64,000 bases of DNA from a plasmid. The stretch is taken from sequence record NZ_CP090008.1. One strand, written 5' to 3'. Below are positions 9,021 through 18,919 of this stretch, piece by piece. The notes beneath the pieces are model-generated. The model was given only the letters and a program-made list of their open reading frames with translations, had not been told where the DNA came from and made no database searches. A program made the position numbers and the translations under genes. Each line of letters starts with the position of its first letter. The stretch's first letter is position 1.

Positions 9021-10361
9021 TTATACCATATCCTGTTTATTAAACGTTTTGAACTTAATCTTTTCTTCTGGGGAAGCTTTCAAAAGGAAATCATCAATTC
9101 CCTTTTCGTGAGGCCAGATTAGAGCACGAACCGTACAAGATTGCTTAGTAACTAGATCTTGAACCATGTCATACATACGTTCAAATACCGAGTCATTATC
9201 CTCAAAGTCTTGGTCAAATGCAAGATAAATTGGTTTAACCTTTTTGAGTTCAGTCTTTCCGATAAAGTCCGAGATAGGACGCCATGCTGCTACTCCTGCC
9301 ATAGAGATAACACAGATATTCCCCAATTGAAAAAGACGAGTGTTTTTCGCAACTGATGCAGTGATATCTCCTTTAAGCAAACCTTCCGTAACTAGAAGGT
9401 TATCAACTTTACTCATAAGGTTTACTTTAGCCTTACCTGCATCCGAAAAGCGTGCTTGTTTTAAAATATCATCGGAATAAGCAAAATGGGGAAAAGACTT
9501 AGCACTTGTTCCTTCTGGCTTATATGCTGACGAAACAAAGACATATTTTTGCCCTTTTTTAAATGTCAACTCAAGTCCAGAACGAAGTTTAACACTAGTT
9601 TCCTTAGTTGTCCCACTTGCTAGTTCGTGTGATGAACCTTTAGCAAACACATACCAATCGAAACTTCCATCGTCATTTTGGAAGACCTTAGCAGTACGTG
9701 CATTTCGTCCCTCTTGAAAGGCTTCGTTTACTTTGGCTTGATAACTAACGTTATCAAGACGTACTTGAAAACCTACAATTTGTCCCCAAGAATTGCGACA
9801 TGGAATTAGGATTCCATCTTTTGATTCAAAAATAGGACATTTTGCGTTTTCGTTCCAATAGAAACCAGGAACTCCACGCCAAGCGTCTTTAGGAAGTCCA
9901 TTTGCAACAAAAAGCTTTTCCCAAATAGTTGCTGGATGAGATACTGTTGTATCAACCTGCTTCTGGCGTGTTTGCTTTGTTGATGAAGCGTAGCCACGCA
10001 GTGCAATGGTCTCAACAGAAAGACCTCGTTCCGCACTTGTTAAGTGCTCTACATGTTCCTTAGTCAATCCCAACACATCAATAACAAGAGAATTTACTTT
10101 GTGAAGTGTTGAGATACTTGCCAAAGGTTGACTTTTCCAACTAGGTTCAAAAGTCACCTCTTTCGCTTTTTTAGGGTCCAAATCATAAATAGTCCCAGCA
10201 CTACCAAATTGTGGTTTGTCTAGGTCAATCTTTCTAGCACAGACAGCCTTAGTCTGATCTGCAAAAACCAGACACCAATCTGGTTTCCCACAAATAGGAC
10301 AAGGGTAATCACGTCCTACCCTAATCATTTCGGTTTGTCCAATCGTAATAATTTTTGTCAT
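9021..10361 (-). CDS. DNA primase (zinc-ribbon + TOPRIM), conjugative/plasmid type.
   Basis: N-terminal CPICGKPDWC...AVCARK zinc ribbon. C-terminal TOPRIM-like LLVTEGLLKGD and YLAFDQDFEDND. A GGAGA RBS precedes the ATG at 10361. Confidence 0.6.
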   Translation of the reverse strand: MTKIITIGQTEMIRVGRDYPCPICGKPDWCLVFADQTKAVCARKIDLDKPQFGSAGTIYDLDPKKAKEVTFEPSWKSQPLASISTLHKVNSLVIDVLGLTKEHVEHLTSAERGLSVETIALRGYASSTKQTRQKQVDTTVSHPATIWEKLFVANGLPKDAWRGVPGFYWNENAKCPIFESKDGILIPCRNSWGQIVGFQVRLDNVSYQAKVNEAFQEGRNARTAKVFQNDDGSFDWYVFAKGSSHELASGTTKETSVKLRSGLELTFKKGQKYVFVSSAYKPEGTSAKSFPHFAYSDDILKQARFSDAGKAKVNLMSKVDNLLVTEGLLKGDITASVAKNTRLFQLGNICVISMAGVAAWRPISDFIGKTELKKVKPIYLAFDQDFEDNDSVFERMYDMVQDLVTKQSCTVRALIWPHEKGIDDFLLKASPEEKIKFKTFNKQDMV

Positions 10362-10382
10362 TTTTTTCTCCTTATAAAATAT

Positions 10383-10880
10383 AACATTGTTGTTGTAAAG
10401 TGACCTTAGAAAGTCTCAAACACCTGTTCGAAGCCTTTCCTCCGTTTGCCGACAAGTTAGAGTTGGGAACACCTGTTCCTCACCTCTAATCATCGAGATG
10501 TCGCCTTCCTTTTTCGTCCGTCTACCCAAACTCAAAACAAAAAAAGCATAACAAAGAAGCCGGCAAGCCTTGTCTCAAAAAACAAGGTTGCGCGTGCCTA
10601 TGGCAAACCATAGGATAAACTTCTCGTTATGCTTAGTTGCTAATAACGTTTGTTGTAGCCTTTCAAAAAATTAAAGGCAAATTATCTCGTACCTGTTGTA
10701 AGCGTCAAGCCCCTTCTTCTGTCTGATGGCTTAACTGATAGCTAAAAGCGAGTACGCTCCCTTTTAACCCAATCAAACATGTGATACCTATTGCTGGGAC
10801 AGAACCAGTAATAGCATCTCCTCTTCCATGTTTACTTTTAAAATAGTCACTTGACTATGAATTCACCGTTAGAGGTAGTG
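10383..10880. repeat. Copy A of a ~500-bp structured element (inverted copy at 57041..57545), immediately 5-prime of the primase start.
   Basis: Read by eye, it is about 90% identical to the reverse complement of 57041-57545. It contains several perfect hairpins (cctatgg/ccatagg, ggaaca/tgttcc, gcttaac/gttaagc, ctattgct/agcaatag). Confidence 0.8.
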
Positions 10881-12022
10881 AAAAAAGATATAAATATAAT
10901 TATTTATGACTTTAGTATAGCAAAGAGAAACTAACATTACAAGTTAATCGTTATTCGAATTATAACTATATATACTACTCTTCATTGTATTATATACTAT
11001 ACATAGTCTATAGTTTACAACACATTATGTATAGCTCACCATTCGTAACAAACGTAGAACCAAACGTCATGAAATAAAGCATACAAGATACATTACTAAA
11101 CTATGTATCTTGTATCGTAAATCACCTATTACGCTCTTTATACTATTTTTTATATATAACTTATTAAACAATAAAATGTAATCATATATATAGTTTCAAA
11201 ATGTATCGTTCACTATACATCGTAGACTATCTACAATATACGATAAATAATAAACAATATATTATTTACACTACATATTGTATCGTGTATAGCAATGTAT
11301 GTTGATGTTCTTTATTTTCAGAAGTATTTAATAAAAGATATACGATACAATACTTAGTAATACATTATTTAACTATATACTCTACATCGTCTATAATATA
11401 CGATAAAAGATTTACAATTTGTTTCATTACTCATATATATAGTAATGCTATGTATAGTGTAGTGTGTAAATTGTATTACGTTTGAGTTAGAACTCGAATA
11501 TGATGCTATACACTATATATCAATACAGTATGTATAATATATAGTGGTAATATACATCGTCTAATATACATTATCTTATTTTATATAACATATAGTGTAT
11601 CGGGTATACTCTAGTTATGGTTTGATACTCTGTAATATTTTTTGTTATTGAATAGTATAAGGAATAGATGAAAGATATACGATATAATACTTAGCAATAC
11701 ATTATTTAATAATATATTTTACATCGTCTACCGTACATTCTTATATTTTATATAATATATAATGTATCGTGTATTATTCTTGCTGAGTTTTGATACTATG
11801 ATATATGCTTTTTTTCAAAACAGCATATAGTGAACGATACACTATGTATAACTTAATGCGTAACAATCAGGTTTTAAAAAGTTTTATATACTATACATAG
11901 TGTATCTTGTATTATTTACGATATATCTACATACTACTTGATATTCGATTTCTATATGGTATACTTTAAGTAGTTAATTACATGTATCGTTTTGTTATAC
12001 ATAGTGTATCGTATATATTGTA
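10881..12022. repeat. AT-rich non-coding block with many direct and inverted repeats and about 10 copies of a TGTATCG/CGATACA motif. Candidate partition, oriT or origin region.
   Basis: There is no ORF. 70-nt near-duplicates lie at 11337-11410 and 11677-11745. The motif recurs (gtgtatcgt, acgatacac, atgtatcg). It sits directly upstream of parA. Confidence 0.5.
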
Positions 12023-12037
12023 TTGAGAGGAGTAGAT

Positions 12038-12868
12038 ATGGTTGCAAATACAATCGTAGTAATGGATGAAAAAGGAGGAGCAGCCAAAACAACATTAAGT
12101 TTATTATTGGCTCAAGCTCTAGGAAATGCTGGCTATAAAACGTGTGCAGGTGACTTAGATGGACAGTGCAATCTAACTACAGCAGCAGGAGTGAACGAAG
12201 ACGAACAAGAAGGTATTTATTCTGTACTAAAAAAAGAAGTAGAAGTAGCTGATGCTATTGTCCCGGTTGACGGATATGATCTGCTTCCAGGTAGTAAGCT
12301 GATGAAGAACTGGGAGAGTGAAGCATCTGGTTTAAAAGATAGAGATTTTCGTTTAAGAAATGTTGTTCAAGATATCAATGACTACTATGATTTTGTTCTC
12401 TTTGATACCCCTCCTTTCTTTGGCGTTTCAACAACTAGTACGCTTTTTACTAATTCTAAAGTTTTTGTACTTATCCCTACAACACCTGATAAGTTTGGTA
12501 TCGAAGGTGTAAAGGATACAATCGAAGATATTGAAGCAGTTCAAGAAGGATTCTCTTTCTTTGGAATTGATATTGTTATAGCTGGGATCGTTATAACTCA
12601 GGTTGATAAAGGGCCAGGCTTTAGTAAAAAATCAATTAAACAAGTCAAAGCAAGAGAAGCAGTATCAACTCTTGAGAAAATTGCGGAAGAACATAATACT
12701 AAAGTTTTTGAGCAATACTTATTTAATAATAAACAATACAAAGATATGATTGCTAATCAAGCAAATGTTTTTACAAATAGTGGCTATAGCATCCCTCAAA
12801 AACAAATCACAAATGTTATGAATGAACTAATTAAGACGATTGGAGAACACGATGCCGAAAAAGCTTAA
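12038..12868 (+). CDS. parA: ParA/Soj-family partition ATPase.
   Basis: Deviant Walker A MDEKGGAAKTTLSLLLA. The RBS GAGAGGAG precedes ATG at 12038 (the ORF track starts 15 nt earlier). Confidence 0.75.
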   Translation: MVANTIVVMDEKGGAAKTTLSLLLAQALGNAGYKTCAGDLDGQCNLTTAAGVNEDEQEGIYSVLKKEVEVADAIVPVDGYDLLPGSKLMKNWESEASGLKDRDFRLRNVVQDINDYYDFVLFDTPPFFGVSTTSTLFTNSKVFVLIPTTPDKFGIEGVKDTIEDIEAVQEGFSFFGIDIVIAGIVITQVDKGPGFSKKSIKQVKAREAVSTLEKIAEEHNTKVFEQYLFNNKQYKDMIANQANVFTNSGYSIPQKQITNVMNELIKTIGEHDAEKA

Positions 12869-13376
12869 TACAATCCAACAAAGAAATTTTAATAACCTTT
12901 TATCAGCTGTTGAATCAAATGATCGCACAACAGCTAAAGAAGTATTTGACCGTTTTTTTAAAGGGAAAGAGATTGAAGAAGTAGTAATTGATAAACTTAA
13001 GGAGAAGCATGATATTGCTTTTCTAACTGAAGAAATTGTAGAACCCAAAAAGGCTGCTGTTTCTCCTAAAAAAGTAAACATTGTTACTCAGAAAAAAGAA
13101 AAAAACAAAATTCCTACTAAACTTGAACCAGCAAAAACCCCGGAAGAAAAAGTGCGTTCAAATCTAAACATGACACAATTATCAATGTCTCGTTTTAGTG
13201 CATTAAGAGCTGTTTTAAATAAAAAAGACCTCAAAGGAGAAAATGGCAATTATCCTAAACGTGGAGGATCTGATAAGCTATTCACTGAAATGTTAGATCA
13301 GATGTACCAACTTCTAGATGAAGAACAAAAAGAGTTGTTTAATACATTGGTAGAAACTGAGATGAGTTTTAAATAA
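12852..13376 (+). CDS. Small basic partition-partner protein (ParB-analogue candidate).
   Basis: Its start overlaps the parA stop. It is K/E-rich and has no recognisable catalytic motif. Position alone suggests a centromere-binding adaptor. Confidence 0.35.
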   Translation: MPKKLNTIQQRNFNNLLSAVESNDRTTAKEVFDRFFKGKEIEEVVIDKLKEKHDIAFLTEEIVEPKKAAVSPKKVNIVTQKKEKNKIPTKLEPAKTPEEKVRSNLNMTQLSMSRFSALRAVLNKKDLKGENGNYPKRGGSDKLFTEMLDQMYQLLDEEQKELFNTLVETEMSFK

Positions 13377-13394
13377 TCTAATTTAACATGTAGT

Positions 13395-13470
13395 TATCAT
13401 ACAAAAATGTAGGTAACTCGAATTGAAATCATTTTTTGCATACAAAAGTGTAGGTAATTACTACACTTTT
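13395..13470. repeat. Two 14-15-bp direct repeats (caaaaRtgtaggtaa) just downstream of the par operon.
   Basis: Copies at 13396-13410 and 13441-13455. Confidence 0.35.
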
Positions 13471-13629
13471 TGTTTTGTTGTGATTTTAAATATAGTTTAG
13501 AGAGAACATAGTGATGTTTTAAAGCTTATTATTACTAATTTTGTTTTAGTAATAATAGTTTAAATAGTATTAAGTAGTATTAAGTGGTTAATTATAGTTT
13601 AAGTAGTAGAACTCCTGAAACCCTTGCTA

Positions 13630-13890
13630 TTATTGAGCTAAGCCTACCTTTATCATATAAAAGTGTATGTATATCCTACATATTGGCAGGTATATCATAT
13701 AACTTTGCATGAAAGTCACACAAAGTTGTATGTTAAGTCTACAAAAATGTATGTATGTCATATAAAATTGCAGGCGTATCCTACAAAACGGTATGTATGT
13801 CCTATAAATTTGTATGTTAAGTCTACAAAAATGCATGTATGTCATATAAAATTGCATGTATATCCTACAAAATGGTTGTAAATTTAAAAA
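13630..13890. repeat. Iteron cluster upstream of the replication initiator gene.
   Basis: A ~79-bp periodic unit tgtatgttaagtctacaaaaatgYatgtatgtcatataaaattgca occurs twice, and gtatatcctacaaaa occurs three times. The overlapping ORFs 13630..13857(-) and 13663..13881(+) are repeat artefacts. Confidence 0.6.
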
Positions 13891-14064
13891 AATACTATGA
13901 AAATCAGAATATTAGTGATATAATGTCATACAAAAGGGTTGTAAATTAATATTTTTATACCCTGTCACATATTGCAGTAAGTAATTAGCTTGTAGTAAAA
14001 TAATTACTTTTATTTAAAATACAACCAAAATGTATGATGAATGAACTAAGAGAGGTAGAAGCAT

Positions 14065-15528
14065 TTGGTAGAGAATAGAGAGTTCAGAGAGATCATCAAA
14101 TATGATAATAAGTTTACCCAAATGTTCCAACTTGGAGACCTTTCTCCTCTTCAAGAAAACATGATTTATTCTATATTTGGTGAGTTGCGAGATGTTTATG
14201 ACGAAAACGAAGCAGCAATCTTTTCTTATTCGAGTCTGGCAATGCTAGCAGGAAATACATTTTACAGCTCTAGGGAACAAAAAATTGTTCCTAGGACTGG
14301 TAAACGCTTTGAAACTACAGTTGAGGAACTAGAGGAAAGAATGACTAAAATTGTATATCGACATCCCGAAAAGGTTGTCGATGGTAAGGTAGTCTCTTAC
14401 ACCTCCATCCCACTGTTCAAGACCTTTAGAGTAGACCACGAAAATAAACTCATTAAAATCCACTTGTCTGATGCGGAATATACTGAATATGATGAAGTAA
14501 CTACAGAAGATGGAACAAAAGTAAAAGTAGCGGTTAGGCGTACAGTTAAAGACCTTTTTAACAACCCAGAGTGGGGTAAAAAAGCTAAGTACATTCAGTA
14601 TGGTCGTGACTACCATAATCTATTGAAGAGTAAGTATTCTAAACGATTATTTAGACATTTAGCAGACTGGCGTAAAACAGGCTTTGTAAAAGATACAGCT
14701 CACGAGCTTGAGCAAGAAGTTTTGATTTTGGATAGTCCTAGTTTACTTCGTTCGAAAGGTACTAAGCTGCAACAAGCAATGGATGAAATCAATACGCTAT
14801 TGGTCGATGAGCATGGACTTCCTGTTATTCAAGATTTGACAGTCGAGCGAATCAAAAAAGGAAAATCAATTACCCACTATATATTTAGGTTTAAACCGTT
14901 CGATGACGATTTGAGACGTATTGTTGCAACAAACGATAAAGTCATTACCTTTGAGAAGAAGAAGGAGTTAGACTTCAAACGTAAGATGGCTATTGTCATG
15001 GAGAAATTCTACACTGTTTTTCCTAAAGGGAGCAAAGCTGACAACTACAATAATAAAAATCAACTCAAACGTTGGCTTGAAACAATGGACCATGAACTAG
15101 TTATTGAGGCGTTGGAAAGAACAGGAAGTGATGCAAACCGTACTTTTGGTTGGACAAGAACATTGCTCAATAAATGGGAAGTAGCGGGATACACAAAGCT
15201 TTCAGACTTGAGAGATAGTCACCCAACTAATAAGGATAATCGTCCTTCAAATGTTCCAGACTGGTCTGAGCCAAACTATGAAAATGGAACGGATGACAAA
15301 GACCGTTTAAGACTAGTAGTGGTAGCAGTAAAATCAGCAATTAAAATAGAACTCTCAAAGATTCCTGACGAAGATAATAAGTCGGATATTAAACATTTAG
15401 CAGAGAAACTGTTACAAGAGAAGCTGTGGGAACTTAAAGATAAAGGATTAGAGTCACTGTCTGATAGTCATTTTGAAGAGACAAGAGAACAACTTTTGAC
15501 TGAGATACTTGATTATTTTAAAGTATAA
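14065..15528 (+). CDS. repA: Replication initiator protein (RepA_N-type N-terminus with DnaD-like C-terminal domain).
   Basis: 487 aa directly after the iterons. The C-terminal segment TFGWTRTLLNKWEVAGYTKLSDL resembles the DnaD/DnaB-2 domain. Confidence 0.55.
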   Translation: MVENREFREIIKYDNKFTQMFQLGDLSPLQENMIYSIFGELRDVYDENEAAIFSYSSLAMLAGNTFYSSREQKIVPRTGKRFETTVEELEERMTKIVYRHPEKVVDGKVVSYTSIPLFKTFRVDHENKLIKIHLSDAEYTEYDEVTTEDGTKVKVAVRRTVKDLFNNPEWGKKAKYIQYGRDYHNLLKSKYSKRLFRHLADWRKTGFVKDTAHELEQEVLILDSPSLLRSKGTKLQQAMDEINTLLVDEHGLPVIQDLTVERIKKGKSITHYIFRFKPFDDDLRRIVATNDKVITFEKKKELDFKRKMAIVMEKFYTVFPKGSKADNYNNKNQLKRWLETMDHELVIEALERTGSDANRTFGWTRTLLNKWEVAGYTKLSDLRDSHPTNKDNRPSNVPDWSEPNYENGTDDKDRLRLVVVAVKSAIKIELSKIPDEDNKSDIKHLAEKLLQEKLWELKDKGLESLSDSHFEETREQLLTEILDYFKV

Positions 15529-15599
15529 CTTCAGTTGTATTTTTGTAAATAGATTATATATATAATAGCGATACACGATGTATCGCTATTTTGTTATGC

Positions 15600-16340
15600 G
15601 ATTTTAAGTCCGTTTCGCTCCAAAGGTGCGAAACAAATAAACGACCCGCTATGCGGATGCGCATCGAAGGTTATACCGTCATAACAAAAACACTCCAAAC
15701 GAGTTACAATATAGGTGTTCAAGCCAATTGTAAAACGAAAGGAGTTAAGACTATGGCGCAAAAAGCTCACAGTTTATCACATACAAAATGGATGTGTAAG
15801 TACCACATTGTATTTACACCTAAGTATAGACGAAAAATAATCTATAATCAATATAGGAGTAGTCTGGGAGAGATTTTTCATAGACTATACCACTATAAAG
15901 GTGTTGAAATAATTGAAGGCCACTTAATGCCAGATCATGTCCACATGTTAGTAAGTATTCCCCCACGAATGAGTGTGGCTAGTTTTATGGGATATTTAAA
16001 AGGTAAAAGTGCATTAATGATGTTTGAAAAACACGGCAATTTAAAATATAAATTTGGTAACAGACATTTTTGGGCAGAAGGTTATTATGTAAGTACAGTA
16101 GGACTTAATGAAGCCACAATTAAGAAATATATTCAGGAACAAGAGAAACATGATATCGCATTGGACAAATTAAGCGTTAAAGAATATGAAAATCCCTTTA
16201 GGGAAACGGTAAGTAATGCGAATGCCTCTTTGAGAGGCTTGTGACGAGTCAAAAGCAATAAAGCTTGAACAAAGTGAAAGCCAGCGTCTTTAGGCGCTGG
16301 CTGGTATTATGGGCTTATAGCCCTTGATCAAACCACCCGT
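15600..16340 (+). mobile_element. IS200/IS605-family insertion sequence (tnpA only).
   Basis: A Y1 transposase gene is flanked by subterminal hairpins (gtttcgc...gcgaaac at the left; gccagcg...cgctggc and aaccac...gtggtt at the right). Confidence 0.6.
15753..16244 (+). CDS. tnpA: IS200/IS605 family transposase TnpA (Y1 HUH).
   Basis: HUH motif HVHMLVSIP. Catalytic Tyr region EGYYVSTVG. The RBS GGAG precedes ATG at 15753. The ORF-track ORF starts upstream at 15591. Confidence 0.7.
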   Translation: MAQKAHSLSHTKWMCKYHIVFTPKYRRKIIYNQYRSSLGEIFHRLYHYKGVEIIEGHLMPDHVHMLVSIPPRMSVASFMGYLKGKSALMMFEKHGNLKYKFGNRHFWAEGYYVSTVGLNEATIKKYIQEQEKHDIALDKLSVKEYENPFRETVSNANASLRGL

Positions 16341-16481
16341 TAGACGCGTGGTTATGATTTAGAGATTATTTATACTAGTTAAATCTAAAAAAAACATACA
16401 ATTTTGTATGATATAATAGGTCTAAAAATATAAGTGGTAAACGTGTAGTTAATTACTATCAGTGTTGAGAGGAGGGAGAAT

Positions 16482-17465
16482 ATGTCGAAACAGAAAGATA
16501 AATATCTAACACTAAGAAGTCAATTACCAGAACTAATAGACGAATATATAGCTTACCTTCAAGTAGATGTTGAAGAACCTTCTCCCAAAATGGTCGAACG
16601 TTTGTCAGTGATTCAGAAATTTTTAAATAGCTATGCAATTACGATTGATAAAGAGGGTGTCTCACTATCATTGACAGACTTAGAAAAAATACCACGAGAA
16701 TTTGTTCAAAATTATTTGGCAAATTTACGTCTGAAACCAGCGGGAAAAAGATTTATTCTCTATACTTTGGCAGGATTTTGGAATTATCTTACGAATACCT
16801 CTTTTACAATTGAGAGAGGGATGCCGTTGTTTTATCGTAACGTGTTTAATGAATGGAAGATAGTTTATAAAGAGAGTTATCACAACATAATATATTCTGA
16901 ATCAAAGAAGAAGACTATTTTGTATACGCAGCAAGAGCTCGAAGAGTTGCTTGATTTCATGGCAAACAGTTATGTTACAACGCTACCAACTCAGAAGAAG
17001 GCTGATAATTGGGAAAAGGAGAAGGAGCGAAATATTGCTATATTTGCAATCATAATTGGTACTGGAGCAAGTACTCAAGAAGTTGTTAACTTGACAGTCA
17101 GGGATATTGATATGCGTAAAAAAGGAATTTGGGTTGTTAGAAACAACGAGAAACAGTTTATACGTTTTCTACCCTTCACAGTTCCTTACATAGCTCCATT
17201 TGTTAAGGAACGCCGGGGACGCTGGGATTTGGATCCTTCTATACCATCATTATTTTTAACCATGTTGAAAAAGCCTATGGGAAGAAATACAATAGGTCAT
17301 TTGGCAAAGAACATTGGACATGCTTATGGAAAGGTAATCACGCCTAGTATTTTAAAAGACAGCCACGCCTCTATTGTCTATAAAGAGACAGGTGATATTA
17401 AGAAAGTTGCTGAAATACAAGGCTATAGTTTAGACAAGAATCACCTCATAAGATTTATCGAATAA
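16482..17465 (+). CDS. Tyrosine site-specific recombinase (phage-integrase/Xer-like).
   Basis: 327 aa. C-terminal region LKDSHASIVYKETGDIKKVAEIQGYS resembles the R-H-R-Y catalytic domain box II. The catalytic Tyr is not confidently placed. Confidence 0.5.
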   Translation: MSKQKDKYLTLRSQLPELIDEYIAYLQVDVEEPSPKMVERLSVIQKFLNSYAITIDKEGVSLSLTDLEKIPREFVQNYLANLRLKPAGKRFILYTLAGFWNYLTNTSFTIERGMPLFYRNVFNEWKIVYKESYHNIIYSESKKKTILYTQQELEELLDFMANSYVTTLPTQKKADNWEKEKERNIAIFAIIIGTGASTQEVVNLTVRDIDMRKKGIWVVRNNEKQFIRFLPFTVPYIAPFVKERRGRWDLDPSIPSLFLTMLKKPMGRNTIGHLAKNIGHAYGKVITPSILKDSHASIVYKETGDIKKVAEIQGYSLDKNHLIRFIE

Positions 17466-17487
17466 TAATATTGATAAAATCCTATAT

Positions 17488-17516
17488 TAGTAAAAGGCCA
17501 CTTGAGGCCTTTTTGA
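17488..17516 (+). terminator. Rho-independent terminator (aggcc acttg aggcc + TTTTT).
   Basis: Perfect 5-6 bp GC stem followed by a T-run after the recombinase gene. Confidence 0.6.
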
Positions 17517-17582
17517 TGTCACTGGGTTACGAATAGAGACTCCTGTGTCTATAATGAATTTATAGAGATTTAAGGAGGTCTT

Positions 17583-18488
17583 ATGCTAAAAAAAAGCAAT
17601 GAAAAAAGAGGTTGTCTTGGCAATCTGATTTGGATACCGATATCTATTATTGTTATGTTTTGTATAGCTGGATATGGTATGTCCCAAGGAATTAATGTAC
17701 CTGGTATTTTATCTAGTGGCTTTAATGTTATTAGTAAAGGGGAGCATGCCAATTCAAGTGATGTCGGAAAATTATTTGGGAGATTTATTCCCAAGTCAGA
17801 ATCTTCGGAAACAGGAAACAGTTCTTCTAAAACAAGTGGTGTAAAGTCTGATGCTTTCAACTACAGTCCATTGCCTTTTGAAAACCATAAGCTAATGGTC
17901 AATGGAGATTTGGATAGTCTTGGTAGAGCAACATATGGTCACATCAGACTAAAGTATTCGGATAAACCACAAGATGATAGGGAAAGTAAAATTAATGTTG
18001 ATCCAGTCGGTTGGCATAACTATCGTTTTAAGTACGAAGATGAGTCTGGAAAAGTCAAAAAAGCTTATCTGATGAATCGTGGCCATCTTATTGGTTATCA
18101 GTTTTCTGGATTGAATTCTGAAATTAAAAATCTAGTACCTATGACACGCTATTTGAATGCAGGAACGATGTCTGATAGTAAAACGGATGCTAATAATCCA
18201 AACGGTATGCTATACTACGAAAATGCACTAGCCAAATGGTTGAAGAAAAACCAAAATATGTACTTAGATTATTGTGTTGTTGCAAACTATACTGACAATG
18301 AGTTAGTACCTAGGACTGTGACGCTTTACTGGACATCCTTTGATGAAAATGGGACTCAATATGGAGTTGAACTATCAGAAGCAGGATTAGCAACGAGTGA
18401 TGGAAATGTGAGTTCGGTCACACTTCAGAATGTTTCAAAGAATGCTAATATTAACTACTTAGATGGTACAGCCACAAGTAATTACTAA
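17583..18488 (+). CDS. Membrane-anchored or secreted DNA/RNA non-specific endonuclease (EndA/NucA-like).
   Basis: N-terminal TM segment. The active-site motif NRGHLIGYQFSG matches the DRGH motif of Endonuclease_NS. Confidence 0.6.
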   Translation: MLKKSNEKRGCLGNLIWIPISIIVMFCIAGYGMSQGINVPGILSSGFNVISKGEHANSSDVGKLFGRFIPKSESSETGNSSSKTSGVKSDAFNYSPLPFENHKLMVNGDLDSLGRATYGHIRLKYSDKPQDDRESKINVDPVGWHNYRFKYEDESGKVKKAYLMNRGHLIGYQFSGLNSEIKNLVPMTRYLNAGTMSDSKTDANNPNGMLYYENALAKWLKKNQNMYLDYCVVANYTDNELVPRTVTLYWTSFDENGTQYGVELSEAGLATSDGNVSSVTLQNVSKNANINYLDGTATSNY

Positions 18489-18688
18489 CATTGACTATAG
18501 AATGTTTTATGCTAAAATAAGAATCAGCGTAAGCGTTTGAACAACAAAAAGGGGGGGTATAGCCTCTTTTTTGTTGATATAATGGATTTTTAAAGATATC
18601 TCTTGATTTGTTGCTCTCTAGCCTTGCATTGATATCAAAAATCTATATAATAATAATTAAAACAGAGCCAGAAGAAAGGGTGAGAATT

Positions 18689-18832
18689 ATGTTTATGATC
18701 TTGGTTCTATTACTAACATTAGCGAGTTTCTTCTATGTTGCCATCGGTATTGCCAAGAAAATCTTTTCAATTTTCGCCTTAATTACACCAATTATAGTCT
18801 TGGGTGTTGGGCTTCTTATCGCTATGAATTAA
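18689..18832 (+). CDS. Small hydrophobic membrane peptide (47 aa).
   Basis: RBS AAAGGGTGAG upstream. Two predicted TM helices. It is followed by a strong terminator. Confidence 0.35.
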   Translation: MFMILVLLLTLASFFYVAIGIAKKIFSIFALITPIIVLGVGLLIAMN

Positions 18833-18849
18833 CAAAAGTCAAGGGGGGT

Positions 18850-18882
18850 CACTATCTTACAGGTAGTGACCTTTTTTGTTAT
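18850..18882 (+). terminator. Rho-independent terminator (ggtcacta...tagtgacc + TTTTTTG).
   Basis: Perfect 8-bp inverted repeat plus a T-run. Confidence 0.65.
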
Positions 18883-18919
18883 GCTTTTAATGTCAAAAAA
18901 GACATTAAAGGAGAAACAT

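Noticed and set aside
10383-10880. Interpreting the ~500-bp element as a group II intron, T-box or other known riboswitch.
   Set aside because: It has no intron domain V/VI or IEP ORF. It has no T-box specifier or antiterminator pattern that I can recognise. The sso/ssDNA-promoter reading is also unproven and is reported as a hypothesis only.
13630-13881. ORFs 13630..13857(-) and 13663..13881(+) of 72-75 aa.
   Set aside because: They lie entirely within the iteron repeats upstream of repA. They have no RBS and have repetitive low-complexity translations.
14329-14616. Minus-strand ORFs inside repA.
   Set aside because: They are antisense to a well-supported initiator gene.
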